Shown in pieces: positions 20,830 to 30,825 of a DNA stretch of 64,000 nt. Made by a program: the position numbers and the translations under genes. The notes beneath the pieces are model-generated. The model was not told the DNA's origin. It saw only the letters and a program-made list of their open reading frames with translations, and did no database searches. This DNA is from Candidatus Latescibacterota bacterium (lineage in GTDB: Bacteria; Latescibacterota; UBA2968), in contig OZ244960.1 of assembly GCA_965222605.1 (NCBI GenBank), positions 1,920,001 to 1,984,000 on the forward strand, read 5' to 3'. How positions within the stretch are numbered: position 1 is the first letter of the stretch; every line of letters starts with the position of its first letter.

Positions 20830-21849
20830 ATGAAAGCAGCTGCAATATTTGATGAACGCAAAGGCGGCGTAATAGACGTGCCAGATCCAAAGCCAAAAGA
20901 CAACTGGGTACTGGTAAAAATTCACACCGCACCGATGTGTACAGAATACAAAGGATTTGTAGGCGGCAGAAAAACCACCTCTCTGGGACACGAAGCCTCC
21001 GGTGAAGTCGTTGAAATCGCCCAACCCGGGCGCGTATCAGTCGGCGACCGCGTGGCCGTAATGCCCCAATATCCGTGTGGCATCTGCCCATTATGTGTCA
21101 GCGGCGATTATATCCACTGTCAGCAAAGCGCCAACTTTGCTCAATTTACGGGCGGAGACCAGGGCCGTGCCACGATGGCGCAGTATCTTTTGAAACCCGA
21201 CTGGCTGCTGCCGAAAATTCCAGACGACGTATCTTACGAACACGGGGGAATGGCCTGCTGTGGCCTGGGTCCAACATTCGGTGCCATACAGCGCATGCAA
21301 GTAAACGCCTATGACACATTCATGGTCACTGGCCTCGGCCCCGTAGGACTTGGGGGCGTCATCAACGGCAAACACCTGAGCGCGCGTGTCATCGCCGTGG
21401 ATATCAACCCCTGGCGACGCGAAAAAGCCCTCGAATTGGGCGCAGACGAAGTAATCGACCCGCTCGAAGAAAACGCCCTGCAACAAATAATGGACCTCAC
21501 CAACGGCGTTGGCGTGGATGCTGCCGTAGATTGCTCGGGCGCCGTATCCGCACACCGCCTGTGCATCGATGCTTCAAGACGACGCGGACAAGTCGCATTT
21601 GTGGGCGAATGCGGAGAAGACACCCCCTTGCGAATCAGCCAGGACATGATCCGAAAAGGCATCACACTCGTCGGGTCATGGCATTACAACTTAAAAGACG
21701 TGCCAAAACTCATGCAAGTCGTCCGCACAAACACAGACAAATTGAATCGGTTAATCTCACATACATTCTCACTGGACGAAGTGCAAAAAGCCTGGGAATT
21801 GCAAACCACAGGCGCGTGTGCAAAAGTCGTATTGAAACCGTGGGGATGA
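20830..21849 (+). CDS. Zinc-dependent alcohol dehydrogenase (MDR family)
   Basis: GHEASG, CGICPLC..C structural Zn site, GLGPVG. Confidence 0.92.
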   Translation: MKAAAIFDERKGGVIDVPDPKPKDNWVLVKIHTAPMCTEYKGFVGGRKTTSLGHEASGEVVEIAQPGRVSVGDRVAVMPQYPCGICPLCVSGDYIHCQQSANFAQFTGGDQGRATMAQYLLKPDWLLPKIPDDVSYEHGGMACCGLGPTFGAIQRMQVNAYDTFMVTGLGPVGLGGVINGKHLSARVIAVDINPWRREKALELGADEVIDPLEENALQQIMDLTNGVGVDAAVDCSGAVSAHRLCIDASRRRGQVAFVGECGEDTPLRISQDMIRKGITLVGSWHYNLKDVPKLMQVVRTNTDKLNRLISHTFSLDEVQKAWELQTTGACAKVVLKPWG

Positions 21850-21905
21850 CGTGAGAGTATCTCACACAAAGACACAAAGACACCAAGAAAGGCTAAAGGT
21901 GAGAA

Positions 21906-22928
21906 ATGCTTAAATGTGCAATAATCGGCGTAAGTGGCGGGCGAGCGCGGGGATTGGCGGAAGCGTATCAACACGTAACGCACGGCAAACTCGCCGCAAT
22001 CTCCACGCGAACAGAAGAAAATCTGCACGCATTTGGCGATACATTTGACGTCGATATGCGATATTTGGACTATCGGGAAATGTTTAAAAAAGAACAGCCA
22101 GACCTGGTACACGTAAATACCCCGCCCAGCGTACGACTGGAGATATTCGAAGCCGCGGAAAACGCCGGTGTACCCGCTGTACTCGTGGAAAAACCCATAG
22201 CAATTCAGGGAGAAGACTGGCGCGCGATCAAAGACTTTGCGGCAACTGCGAAAACCAAAATTGCGGTAAATCACCAACTCCACTTTCACCCGCGCAGGCA
22301 GCATTTACAAAATATCGTACAGGAGGGAAAAATCGGCGACATCCGATTTATCGAAGCGAGCTGCGGCATGAACCTGGCGTATCAAGGCACCCATGCATTG
22401 CAATCCATAGCCGCCTTTCACCCAAACGGTCTCCCCGTAAAAGTGATGGGACAAGCCTCTGGCACAGACGGCCTGGAAGACACGCCCAAAAAGCATTTCG
22501 CGCCCGACCAGTGCATCGGAGCGATAGAATATGCCGACGGCTTGCGCGCCCAACTCATCTCGGGACCATTTGCCCCGCGCGTAACAAATGAAGACCGCAC
22601 CAATGTTCACAAGCGGATCGCCGCCTATGGCACGCGGGGATTTGTACACTGGACCATGTGGTCGTGGGAGGTAGGTATCGATGGCCGCATCGAGCGGGGC
22701 ACGCACGAATACCCGGACGAAGACATACTCGGACAAGCGGCCATGACAGATGCCATGTTACAATGGATTGAAGACGACGCAAAGGTCCATCCTCTGAACC
22801 TCGACCTCGCCTTGCGAGACTTCAATATCATCCTGGGAATCTACACAAGCGCATTGGAACATCGGCCCGTAGAACTACCCTGCGAACCAGCAGATGATCT
22901 GATCCATGCCTTGCGAACGCGCCTTTAG
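21906..22928 (+). CDS. Gfo/Idh/MocA family oxidoreductase
   Basis: LVEKPIA, VNHQLHF, QGTH. Confidence 0.88.
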   Translation: MLKCAIIGVSGGRARGLAEAYQHVTHGKLAAISTRTEENLHAFGDTFDVDMRYLDYREMFKKEQPDLVHVNTPPSVRLEIFEAAENAGVPAVLVEKPIAIQGEDWRAIKDFAATAKTKIAVNHQLHFHPRRQHLQNIVQEGKIGDIRFIEASCGMNLAYQGTHALQSIAAFHPNGLPVKVMGQASGTDGLEDTPKKHFAPDQCIGAIEYADGLRAQLISGPFAPRVTNEDRTNVHKRIAAYGTRGFVHWTMWSWEVGIDGRIERGTHEYPDEDILGQAAMTDAMLQWIEDDAKVHPLNLDLALRDFNIILGIYTSALEHRPVELPCEPADDLIHALRTRL

Positions 22929-22933
22929 ACCTC

Positions 22934-23941
22934 TCAATCCCAGGTATAATCCGTCGCACCTTCTTCACACGCAAAAGCCGACTCGATCATCGTATTCAAA
23001 TCGCCTTGCGGACAATAATCAATCAGGCTCTTGGCTTTGCCAATGGCATGGTCGTACATGTATCGGAGGGGAACCACAACCTCGAGCGGATCAACCCCTC
23101 TTTTTTCTCCAATCAACCGCGCCCCTTCGGGAAATGGAAATGGCTCTGGCGCACCCGCATTAAACGACTCGCCCAGCGCCGCGCCAGAATTCAGCGCGCA
23201 AACCAGACAATGGGCAATATCGCGGGCATCCTGCGGCTGATAAAGCCATGGACGTCCGTCTTCATCGGTAATACTACACGGTTGCTGCGGAGAAACCGCT
23301 TTGGCTTCAATATCGTGCCAGAGTTCCGTACCGTCGGACATATAGAGTTCAGTGCCGGGCTTGCTCTGGCTTTTCTTCAGCGTATTGACCACGCGCGCAA
23401 CACTGAACTGATTCAAAATTTTGGTCCCGGACAAAACGTGACTCGGGCGCACAATCGAATAGCGCAAACCCGTCTCTCGAGCCGCGCGTTCTGCCATCAC
23501 CTCGCCGAAATACTTGGACATAGAATACTCGCCATCCGGCCGTTTGGGATGCAATTCATCAACCGGATGATAAGCACACGGAACATTTTCGCCATTATTG
23601 GGAAACACACCCGAAGAACTGGTATAAACATAGCGCTCGAGACGGTCAGCAACGCTCTCACACGCGCGTGTAACCTGAAGATTGATCTGATTGTTCAGTT
23701 CAAAATGCGGACCAACCAGATTGGCGGTGTGAATAACCGCGTCCATGCCTTGAACGGCATCTTTAATATAGGCGAGATCGGTCAAATCCCCTTCGCGCAA
23801 CTCAATATCGACACCATCGAGACGGCTGCGCGCGGGATCGTCGGGAAGAATGGTCCCCCGAACTTCACAATTTTGATCGAGCAACTGGCGCACCAGCCGG
23901 CAACCGACCTGTCCGGCAGCACCTGTAACGAGAACTTTCAT
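22934..23941 (-). CDS. NAD-dependent epimerase/dehydratase
   Basis: MKVLVTGAAGQVG, YTSS, YSMSK. Confidence 0.9.
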   Translation of the reverse strand: MKVLVTGAAGQVGCRLVRQLLDQNCEVRGTILPDDPARSRLDGVDIELREGDLTDLAYIKDAVQGMDAVIHTANLVGPHFELNNQINLQVTRACESVADRLERYVYTSSSGVFPNNGENVPCAYHPVDELHPKRPDGEYSMSKYFGEVMAERAARETGLRYSIVRPSHVLSGTKILNQFSVARVVNTLKKSQSKPGTELYMSDGTELWHDIEAKAVSPQQPCSITDEDGRPWLYQPQDARDIAHCLVCALNSGAALGESFNAGAPEPFPFPEGARLIGEKRGVDPLEVVVPLRYMYDHAIGKAKSLIDYCPQGDLNTMIESAFACEEGATDYTWD

Positions 23942-24048
23942 AAAAACTCCTTTGTAATTTTGATTTTTTGATGCCGTTTCAATCCAACACTGCCTGGAAG
24001 GGCAGAATAACGCCAACAGGCCAATCCGTCAAGTTAATCCGTCCCCTA

Positions 24049-24125
24049 CGGGCGGGCACGGGGGCACCGCCCCTACGATGATATTGTTAATCCGGTTTGT
24101 AGGGGCGACCCCTTGTGGTCGCCCG
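24049..24125. repeat. Inverted pair of GTAG-family REP-like palindromes (REPIN-like)
   Basis: CGGGCGGGCACGGGGGCACCGCCCCTAC ... GTAGGGGCGACCCCTTGTGGTCGCCCG. Confidence 0.7.
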
Positions 24126-24215
24126 CTAACTGCTGACCGCTGATCGCTACTTGCTAATAAACGAATTTAGAAGTAAATTATCCCTTGAACTAACCAAAAT
24201 AGGAAAGGACCGTCT

Positions 24216-25688
24216 ATGCGTATCTTGTACCTCGATCTCGACGCCTTAAATCCCACACACCTGGGCTGTTACGGATATCACCGCAACACATCGCCGACAA
24301 TTGACAAAATTGCAACCGAAGGCATTCGATTTAACCAGGTTTACACAACAGACGCCCCCTGCTTGCCATCGCGCACCGCATTTTATTCCGGGCAATTTGG
24401 CATTCATTCGGGCGTAGTAGGGCACGGCGGCACCGCGTCAGAACGGCGTAATAATGGACCAAACCGCGGTTTTCGAGATCGACTCGCCAATGAGGGACTG
24501 GCCGGATTCTTACAGCGTCAGGGCTTTAAAACATCCATGATCAGCCCCTTTGGACAGCGGCATGCCGCGTGGCATTTTTACGCGGGCTTCAACGAAATAC
24601 ACAACACCGGCAAAGGCGGCATGGAATCAGCCGAAGAAGTAACACCCGTAGTCGAAAAGTGGCTGAATGACAATGCCGCGGGCGACAACTGGTTTTTGCA
24701 CATCAACTACTGGGATGTACACACCCCCTACCGCGCACCTGCGCATTATGGCGAACCCTTTGCCGATGATCCCCTGCCGGACTGGTTGACCCCCGAATTG
24801 CTGGAAGAACACAAAAAGCTCGTCGGACCCCACACCGCGCAAGACATCATGATGTGGAATGACCGCCCCAATCCGCGCTTTTCCCGGCATCCCGGGCGCC
24901 TGGACAACATGGACGATTTGCGGCGGATGATCGATGGCTACGATACCGCGATCCGGTACGTAGATGATCAAATTGCCATCATTGTGGAAATATTGGAAAA
25001 CAAAGGCGTCCTGGACGACACGGCGATAATCATCAGCGCAGATCACGGCGAAAACATGGGCGAACTGGGCATATACGGCGAACACGGCACAGCCGATCAG
25101 GCGACCTGCCATATTCCGATGATTGTAAAGTGGCCGGGCGGGCAGTCTGGAATCACAGACGAGGGCCTGCATTACAATATTGATTTGTCACCCACATTAG
25201 CCGATCTTGTAGGCGGACAGAAACAAGCGTTGTGGGATGGCGAAAGTTATGCCACTGTCATTACCAAAGGCGCAGACGCCGGGCGCAGCGAATTGATCTT
25301 GAGCCAGTGCGCGCATGTGTGTCAGCGGGCTGTTCGCTTTGACGACTGGATCTATATCCGCACCTATCACGATGGATATCGGCTTTATCCACGCGAACTG
25401 TTATTTAACCTATCAGACGACCCCTGGGAAATGCGCGACGTATCGGCTGAAAATCCCGATATATGCCGCGAGGCTGCGTATCGGCTGATGAACTGGCACG
25501 ACCACATGATGGAAACCATGCCGCGGCCTTACGACAACGATCCCCTCTGGACAGTCATGCAAGAAGGCGGCCCAATGCACACCTGGGGTGCTTTCGAAGA
25601 CTATTGCGATCGCCTTGCAGAAACCGGCCGTGCAGAAGGCGCGGTCTTACTACGCGAAAAATTTGGAGATAAATACCGCCATCTATAA
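24216..25688 (+). CDS. Sulfatase (Cys-type)
   Basis: CLPSR formylglycine motif, ADHGE, HIPMIV. Confidence 0.92.
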   Translation: MRILYLDLDALNPTHLGCYGYHRNTSPTIDKIATEGIRFNQVYTTDAPCLPSRTAFYSGQFGIHSGVVGHGGTASERRNNGPNRGFRDRLANEGLAGFLQRQGFKTSMISPFGQRHAAWHFYAGFNEIHNTGKGGMESAEEVTPVVEKWLNDNAAGDNWFLHINYWDVHTPYRAPAHYGEPFADDPLPDWLTPELLEEHKKLVGPHTAQDIMMWNDRPNPRFSRHPGRLDNMDDLRRMIDGYDTAIRYVDDQIAIIVEILENKGVLDDTAIIISADHGENMGELGIYGEHGTADQATCHIPMIVKWPGGQSGITDEGLHYNIDLSPTLADLVGGQKQALWDGESYATVITKGADAGRSELILSQCAHVCQRAVRFDDWIYIRTYHDGYRLYPRELLFNLSDDPWEMRDVSAENPDICREAAYRLMNWHDHMMETMPRPYDNDPLWTVMQEGGPMHTWGAFEDYCDRLAETGRAEGAVLLREKFGDKYRHL

Positions 25689-25875
25689 AAGCAACCACAG
25701 AAAAAACGCGAGTAATTTGAGCGTTTTACACAGATGGACACAGATGGTATCTTGCAAATCCTGTAGAATGATGTACAACTGAACTTTTGTTGAAGTTAAT
25801 CCCAATCCAGGGGGCGGGGTGGTATCCTGTGGCATCCTGTTAATCCTGTTAATCCTGATCCAAAAGGAGTAAAAC

Positions 25876-26742
25876 ATGCTCACGCAAGAACAAATTGCGT
25901 TTTATCGCGAGCACGGGTATCTCGGTGTAGAGAACGTGCTAAGCGACGACGAGGTCAATGACCTGCGGCGGATTACCGATGAATTTGTAGAAAAATCGCG
26001 GGAAGTCACAGAACACACCGCAGTATTCGATCTCGAACCCGGGCACACGCCCGAAAACCCAAAATTGAGACGCTTAAAAAGTCCGATCTTGCTACATGAA
26101 GTATATCGCAAGACCCTGCATCACGAGAAAATTTTGGGAATCGTATCGCAATTGATCGGATACGGCCTGCGGTGCAATGGCAACAAACTGAACATGAAGC
26201 AACCCGGATACGGCAGCCCGGTCGAATGGCATCAAGATTGGGCATTTTATCCACATAGCAACGACGATTTGCTCGCCGTGGGCGTGGTGCTCGACGACAT
26301 GACAAAAGAAAATGGCCCCTTGCTCGTCATTCCCGGCTCGCACAAAGGGCCTGTGTACGACCATCACCTCGACGGCCATTTTTGCGGTGCCGTAACCGAT
26401 TCGACCTTTAGCGACAAAGGCGCCGTACCCGTAATGGTAAAAGCAGGAGGCATCACAATCCATCACGTACGCATGCTACACGGGTCAATATCCAATACAT
26501 CTGACAAACCCCGTCGGTTGCTCCTATTTCAATATTGCGCGATCGATGCGTATCCCCTATCGGGTATGAACAACTGGGAAGCGTTTAATGAGACAATCGT
26601 GCGCGGTGAGCCGACCAATATCCCGCGCGTAGAAGCCGTACCCGTGCGAATGCCCTGGCCGGGCGCACTCCGAACCGGATCCATTTACGAATCGCAAACC
26701 GTATTAAAAGAAACGAAATTTACCCAAACACAATACAAATAA
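25876..26742 (+). CDS. Phytanoyl-CoA dioxygenase (PhyH) family protein
   Basis: WHQD, ENGPLLVIPGSH, LHGS. Confidence 0.92.
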   Translation: MLTQEQIAFYREHGYLGVENVLSDDEVNDLRRITDEFVEKSREVTEHTAVFDLEPGHTPENPKLRRLKSPILLHEVYRKTLHHEKILGIVSQLIGYGLRCNGNKLNMKQPGYGSPVEWHQDWAFYPHSNDDLLAVGVVLDDMTKENGPLLVIPGSHKGPVYDHHLDGHFCGAVTDSTFSDKGAVPVMVKAGGITIHHVRMLHGSISNTSDKPRRLLLFQYCAIDAYPLSGMNNWEAFNETIVRGEPTNIPRVEAVPVRMPWPGALRTGSIYESQTVLKETKFTQTQYK

Positions 26743-26750
26743 CGAACGTC

Positions 26751-27071
26751 TCAATCCCGATAAGTAACAGCCGTGCCACTGGCACTAACCATAAGCATAT
26801 TGCCATCGCCAACAGTCTCGTAATCGAGATCCACGCCTACCACGGCATTGGAACCCAGATCGCGTGCCTCTTCGGTCATTTCCGCAATGGCAATATCTTT
26901 GGCTCTGCGGAGTTCTGCCTCATACGCGCCCGAACGCCCGCCAACAATATCGCGGATACTCGCAAAGAGATCCTTAAAAAAATTGGCACCCAAAATGGCT
27001 TCGCCAGTCACAATGCCCTGATAGCTATCAATTGTTTTTCCTTCAATATTGGGGGTTGTTACTACGAGCAT
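26751..27071 (-). CDS. ybjQ: UPF0145 / YbjQ family protein
   Basis: [12 protein letters not shown]...[12 protein letters not shown]...[11 protein letters not shown]. Confidence 0.9.
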   Translation of the reverse strand: MLVVTTPNIEGKTIDSYQGIVTGEAILGANFFKDLFASIRDIVGGRSGAYEAELRRAKDIAIAEMTEEARDLGSNAVVGVDLDYETVGDGNMLMVSASGTAVTYRD

Positions 27072-27228
27072 AAAAGCCTCCTTTTATATTGTTTTTGATG
27101 GTCTCATCCGCAAAATATCGCATTGTATATCATCAGGCAAGGGCATAGGTAAAAATCGACATCTCAACCAACCACGCGAAAGCGCGTCCATCGCGTGAGG
27201 ACAGCATTAAAAACACAGGAGCTTTGAC

Positions 27229-28047
27229 ATGAACCAATTGAGCAAATCCATGCGGCAACAGTGGCAGGAACAGGGGTATTTACACCTCAAAAATGTAATC
27301 CCCAAAGATGAAGCAGAGGGATATCTCGACGCCGCCAATAAAGTAATCGCGAAGTACGAAGCCAAATATCCCGAGGTGCGCGAAAAAGGCGTCTATACCA
27401 TCATCCAAACGCTCTTCCGAACGAGCGGAATCGATGGGTTGATGGACCACCCCAACTTATTTGGCATTATCCTCGACCTGATGGGACCTTATCTCCAGAT
27501 CATGGGCTCGCAAATTTACGTGCGCTATCCAAATGACAAAGCCGATAATTTGATCGGCTGGCACACCGATGCCGGACGCTCATTGGCACAAACTCGGGTC
27601 ACGCCAGATAGTCTGCCATTGAACTTCAAAATTCAGTTCTTCCTCACAGATATACCACAAGAGAATTGTGCAAACTTCTGTCTGGTGCCCGGCAGCCATC
27701 GCCGCCCAATGCCCAAAGGGGCGCGCAATGAAACGCCACCAAGCGGGATACAACTGATTGCCGAAGCGGGAGACTGTGCGATCTTTCCAAATACCATGTG
27801 GCACGCGGTCGCGCCAAATCATACAGACGTCGTACGGCGCAGCATCACCTTCCGATATGGACAAATGTGGTGCCGACCTTATGATTACGAAAAGTGTCCC
27901 GAAGAAGTGCTATCCCGCATGACACCGCGCCGCCGCCGATTAATGGGCGATATGGGCGAGAACTACACGGCGACAGATTATTTCAAGCCGTCCGATCAGA
28001 TAAAAGTCATCATGGATGGCCTGGACTTTAAGTGTCCCAATGCTTAA
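27229..28047 (+). CDS. Phytanoyl-CoA dioxygenase (PhyH) family protein
   Basis: WHTD, VPGSH, WHAVAPN. Confidence 0.9.
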   Translation: MNQLSKSMRQQWQEQGYLHLKNVIPKDEAEGYLDAANKVIAKYEAKYPEVREKGVYTIIQTLFRTSGIDGLMDHPNLFGIILDLMGPYLQIMGSQIYVRYPNDKADNLIGWHTDAGRSLAQTRVTPDSLPLNFKIQFFLTDIPQENCANFCLVPGSHRRPMPKGARNETPPSGIQLIAEAGDCAIFPNTMWHAVAPNHTDVVRRSITFRYGQMWCRPYDYEKCPEEVLSRMTPRRRRLMGDMGENYTATDYFKPSDQIKVIMDGLDFKCPNA

Positions 28048-28060
28048 CAGCCAGTAAATC

Positions 28061-28094
28061 AAAAGCCTCGGATTGTTCCGAGGCTTTTTTTTTT
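28061..28094 (+). terminator. Intrinsic terminator
   Basis: AAAAGCCTCGGA-TTGT-TCCGAGGC followed by T10. Confidence 0.85.
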
Positions 28095-28102
28095 ATCCAT
28101 AC

Positions 28103-28128
28103 GACACTTTCGGGATGCAGACTCGTCT
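28103..28128 (+). promoter_or_regulatory. Possible ECF-type autoregulatory promoter
   Basis: GACACTT ... CGTC, resembling ECF -35/-10 elements, directly upstream of the ECF gene. Confidence 0.35.
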
Positions 28129-28171
28129 TTATAGTAAAACACGTGTGGATTGATTTCTTCTGGAGCAATTC

Positions 28172-29536
28172 GTGGAACAGATTGAAGACAGCGCACTCAT
28201 CGCCCGGATTCTGGATGGCGATCGCAAAGCATTCGCGGTTTTGGTGCATCGCTATTCGCGATATGTGTATGCCCAAATTGCCCGATCTGTGCGACTGGTT
28301 GATGACGTAGAAGACCTGGTCCAAATCGTATTTGTCAAAGTGTACGAAAATCTGCATCAGCTTCGCAATCCCGACCGATTTAGACCCTGGTTACACAGCA
28401 TCGTACGCAACGCCGTCAATTCTCATCATCGCTATCGAGCCGTGCAATTGCGGTTAGAAGAGACACTTTATCCAGAGCCTGCAACGCACGCTGAAGAAGA
28501 AATCAAACATGTTGTGCGCGCCGCGCTTCGCATCCTATCGGCTGAACACCGCCAGGTAATCGCCCATCACTATTTCAAAGGGTATTCTTACGCGGAAACA
28601 GCCGACCTCCTGAACCTCACGGTGGAAACCGTGCGCGGGCGTCTGAGGCGTGCGCGTCTAAAATTGAAAGGAGAGTTGCACAAAATGTCGGATACTCAAA
28701 TGCAAACAACTGAACTGGACCGCGCAGATATGGACGCGCTAAAAAAAGTAATCGGTTTTGTAAGCGACGACGAAAAACGCCCGATCTTGCAGGGCGTGTG
28801 TCTCGACATAGGCGGTCGCGCGACTGCGACCAACGGGCATATCATGATCATTCGCACATTGAAAAGCCTCACTGGACTCGCCGCACCCATTGTCATCGGA
28901 CCCTGGTCAGGCACTCAACTGCCCGAACAGGCCACAATGAAAATTGCGGAAACGACCGTGGAAATCCAGAGTAACGGCACAACCCTTCAAGTGCCCTTAA
29001 TCGAAGGCCCTTATGTCAAATATGAACAGGTCATCCCGCAAGAAGATCCCGCAATGCGAGTTTCTATCTCCTCGGCTCTTCTGACACACGCACTGGACTT
29101 ACTACAAAATTTCATGGAAGCGCGGCATCCAGAGTCGGACATGTGGCAATATCGTCCTCGGATAGATCTGCATCTCTCGCCATTGACCCAGACCATAACT
29201 TTTCTCACATCGCGGGATACGGGATATACCCGAGAGGATAATGGCAAATTCCAATATCTGCTTGACGCGAAAAATGACGACTCGCCAGGAGGCGTTGCAG
29301 ATTGGATATTTCAAGTACCGCTCAATGCCAAATTTGAAACATCATCAGAAGACACGCTCAGGTTCGCCGTGAACTTCGCGTATCTAAAAAAGATCCTGCA
29401 TGCGTTAGATTTCGAAGACAGCGATGAGATAATGCTGGAATTTAGAGAACAGGAAAAAGCGATCATCTTTCGCACGCCCTTGAACGCGGAATGGCTGGCA
29501 TTGTTAATGCCGTTGAGGCTGAAGTCAAAGGATTAA
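28172..29536 (+). CDS. ECF sigma-70 factor fused to a DNA polymerase III beta-clamp-like (middle plus C-terminal) domain
   Basis: Sigma2 (AFAVLVHRY, EDLVQIVF, FRPWL) and sigma4 (YSYAETA..TVRGRLRRAR); then DnaN-like SDDEKRPILQGV, ATNGH, LIEGPYVKYEQVIP, VNFAYL, LLMPLRL. Confidence 0.8.
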   Translation: MEQIEDSALIARILDGDRKAFAVLVHRYSRYVYAQIARSVRLVDDVEDLVQIVFVKVYENLHQLRNPDRFRPWLHSIVRNAVNSHHRYRAVQLRLEETLYPEPATHAEEEIKHVVRAALRILSAEHRQVIAHHYFKGYSYAETADLLNLTVETVRGRLRRARLKLKGELHKMSDTQMQTTELDRADMDALKKVIGFVSDDEKRPILQGVCLDIGGRATATNGHIMIIRTLKSLTGLAAPIVIGPWSGTQLPEQATMKIAETTVEIQSNGTTLQVPLIEGPYVKYEQVIPQEDPAMRVSISSALLTHALDLLQNFMEARHPESDMWQYRPRIDLHLSPLTQTITFLTSRDTGYTREDNGKFQYLLDAKNDDSPGGVADWIFQVPLNAKFETSSEDTLRFAVNFAYLKKILHALDFEDSDEIMLEFREQEKAIIFRTPLNAEWLALLMPLRLKSKD

Positions 29537-29550
29537 AAATAGGCTTATGG

Positions 29551-30438
29551 TCAAATCACACCTGCATTCTCCAATGCCGCCTGAATCTGCCCCTCCTGCT
29601 CGGCAGACGACGGTGGCATTGGAGGTCTTGGCACACCCCCATCACGCCCCTGCAGCTTCATCGCATACTTGGTATTTGCGGGCAAATTATCATCAAAAAT
29701 CGCATTCCAAATCGGCAGCAACTTTTCATGTAAATCCAACGCCTTTTTATGATCACCTGCACGACACGCATCCCACACCGCCACACACAACTCAGGCACC
29801 GCCGTCAAAATCGCCGCAATCGCACCGTGCGCACCCAAAACAAATGACGGATACAACAACGCATCTACCGCAGTCATAATCCGCGCTCGATCTCCGGCCA
29901 TCAACAACAAATCAGCCAGCAACTTCATATCTCCCGCACTCTGCTTCACCCCCACCACCCCTTCCACCTCGCCAATAATCCGCGTCAACAACTCCGGCGA
30001 CAAATACGTCCACGGCACCACATTGTAAATCATCACCGGCAACCCCGTCCCCTCACACAACGCCTCAAAATGCCTGACCATCGCATCATCGTCTGGCCGA
30101 AACAAATAATGCACCGGCGTCACCTGTAACGCCACCGGACCCAAATCGGCCACAGCCTTCCCCCGCTCAATTGCCGACTTCGTACTGTCCGTAATAATCC
30201 CTGTAATTACTGGCACCCGCCCATCAGCTTCCTCCATCGCCCATTGCGTCAACTGCCTCATTTCATCATCCCCGAGCGTATGCCCCTCTCCCGTACTCCC
30301 CGTCACCGCCAACCCGTGCACCTTCGCCGTCTCAATCATATACTGAATTTCCGCACGAAACGCCCCCTCATCAAGTGAGTCATCCTCCCGAAACGGCGTC
30401 ACCACTGGCGGCACAATCCCATAAATAGAATCCATCAT
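29551..30438 (-). CDS. Dihydrodipicolinate synthase family (class I aldolase)
   Basis: VTPF, GSTGEG, MIYNVVP, GVKQS. Confidence 0.9.
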   Translation of the reverse strand: MMDSIYGIVPPVVTPFREDDSLDEGAFRAEIQYMIETAKVHGLAVTGSTGEGHTLGDDEMRQLTQWAMEEADGRVPVITGIITDSTKSAIERGKAVADLGPVALQVTPVHYLFRPDDDAMVRHFEALCEGTGLPVMIYNVVPWTYLSPELLTRIIGEVEGVVGVKQSAGDMKLLADLLLMAGDRARIMTAVDALLYPSFVLGAHGAIAAILTAVPELCVAVWDACRAGDHKKALDLHEKLLPIWNAIFDDNLPANTKYAMKLQGRDGGVPRPPMPPSSAEQEGQIQAALENAGVI

Positions 30439-30445
30439 CTCCTCC

Positions 30446-30501
30446 CAATATCTTCTGTCAAAGCAACCACATCTAAAAGTTTGATGTCTTTATCTATATC
30501 A
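30446..30501 (-). pseudogene. Orphan 5' fragment of a DUF4926 gene
   Basis: 54/56 identical to 36987-37042; the ATG is changed to ATA. Confidence 0.7.
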
Positions 30502-30566
30502 CTTCGCCTTTTTTTTATTGAAAAATATTCCTATATGAGTATATTTAATGCGAGAGGATATTATAG

Positions 30567-30824
30567 ATGAAGACGACGCCATACTTTCGCAACCGAACAC
30601 TTAGAGATCGACCTGAATTACAAAAATATCTGAAAGAAATTGCGGATGCAATAAACCATTATCATGCGATTGAACAGCAAGCAGATGGTCGCACACGGCG
30701 ATGGATTTACATCGCTGAAATTGACAAATATGTTCGCGTCGTTGTCGAAGCCGATGGAGAAACGATTCACAATGCATTTCCGGATCGCACGTACACGAAA
30801 AAAGAAAAACGAAAGGATCCTTGA
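30567..30824 (+). CDS. Putative RelE/DUF4258-like toxin
   Basis: Small basic protein QADGRTRRW...YVRVVVEADGETIHNAFPDR, upstream of a DUF2283-like gene. Confidence 0.6.
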   Translation: MKTTPYFRNRTLRDRPELQKYLKEIADAINHYHAIEQQADGRTRRWIYIAEIDKYVRVVVEADGETIHNAFPDRTYTKKEKRKDP

Positions 30825-30825
30825 T

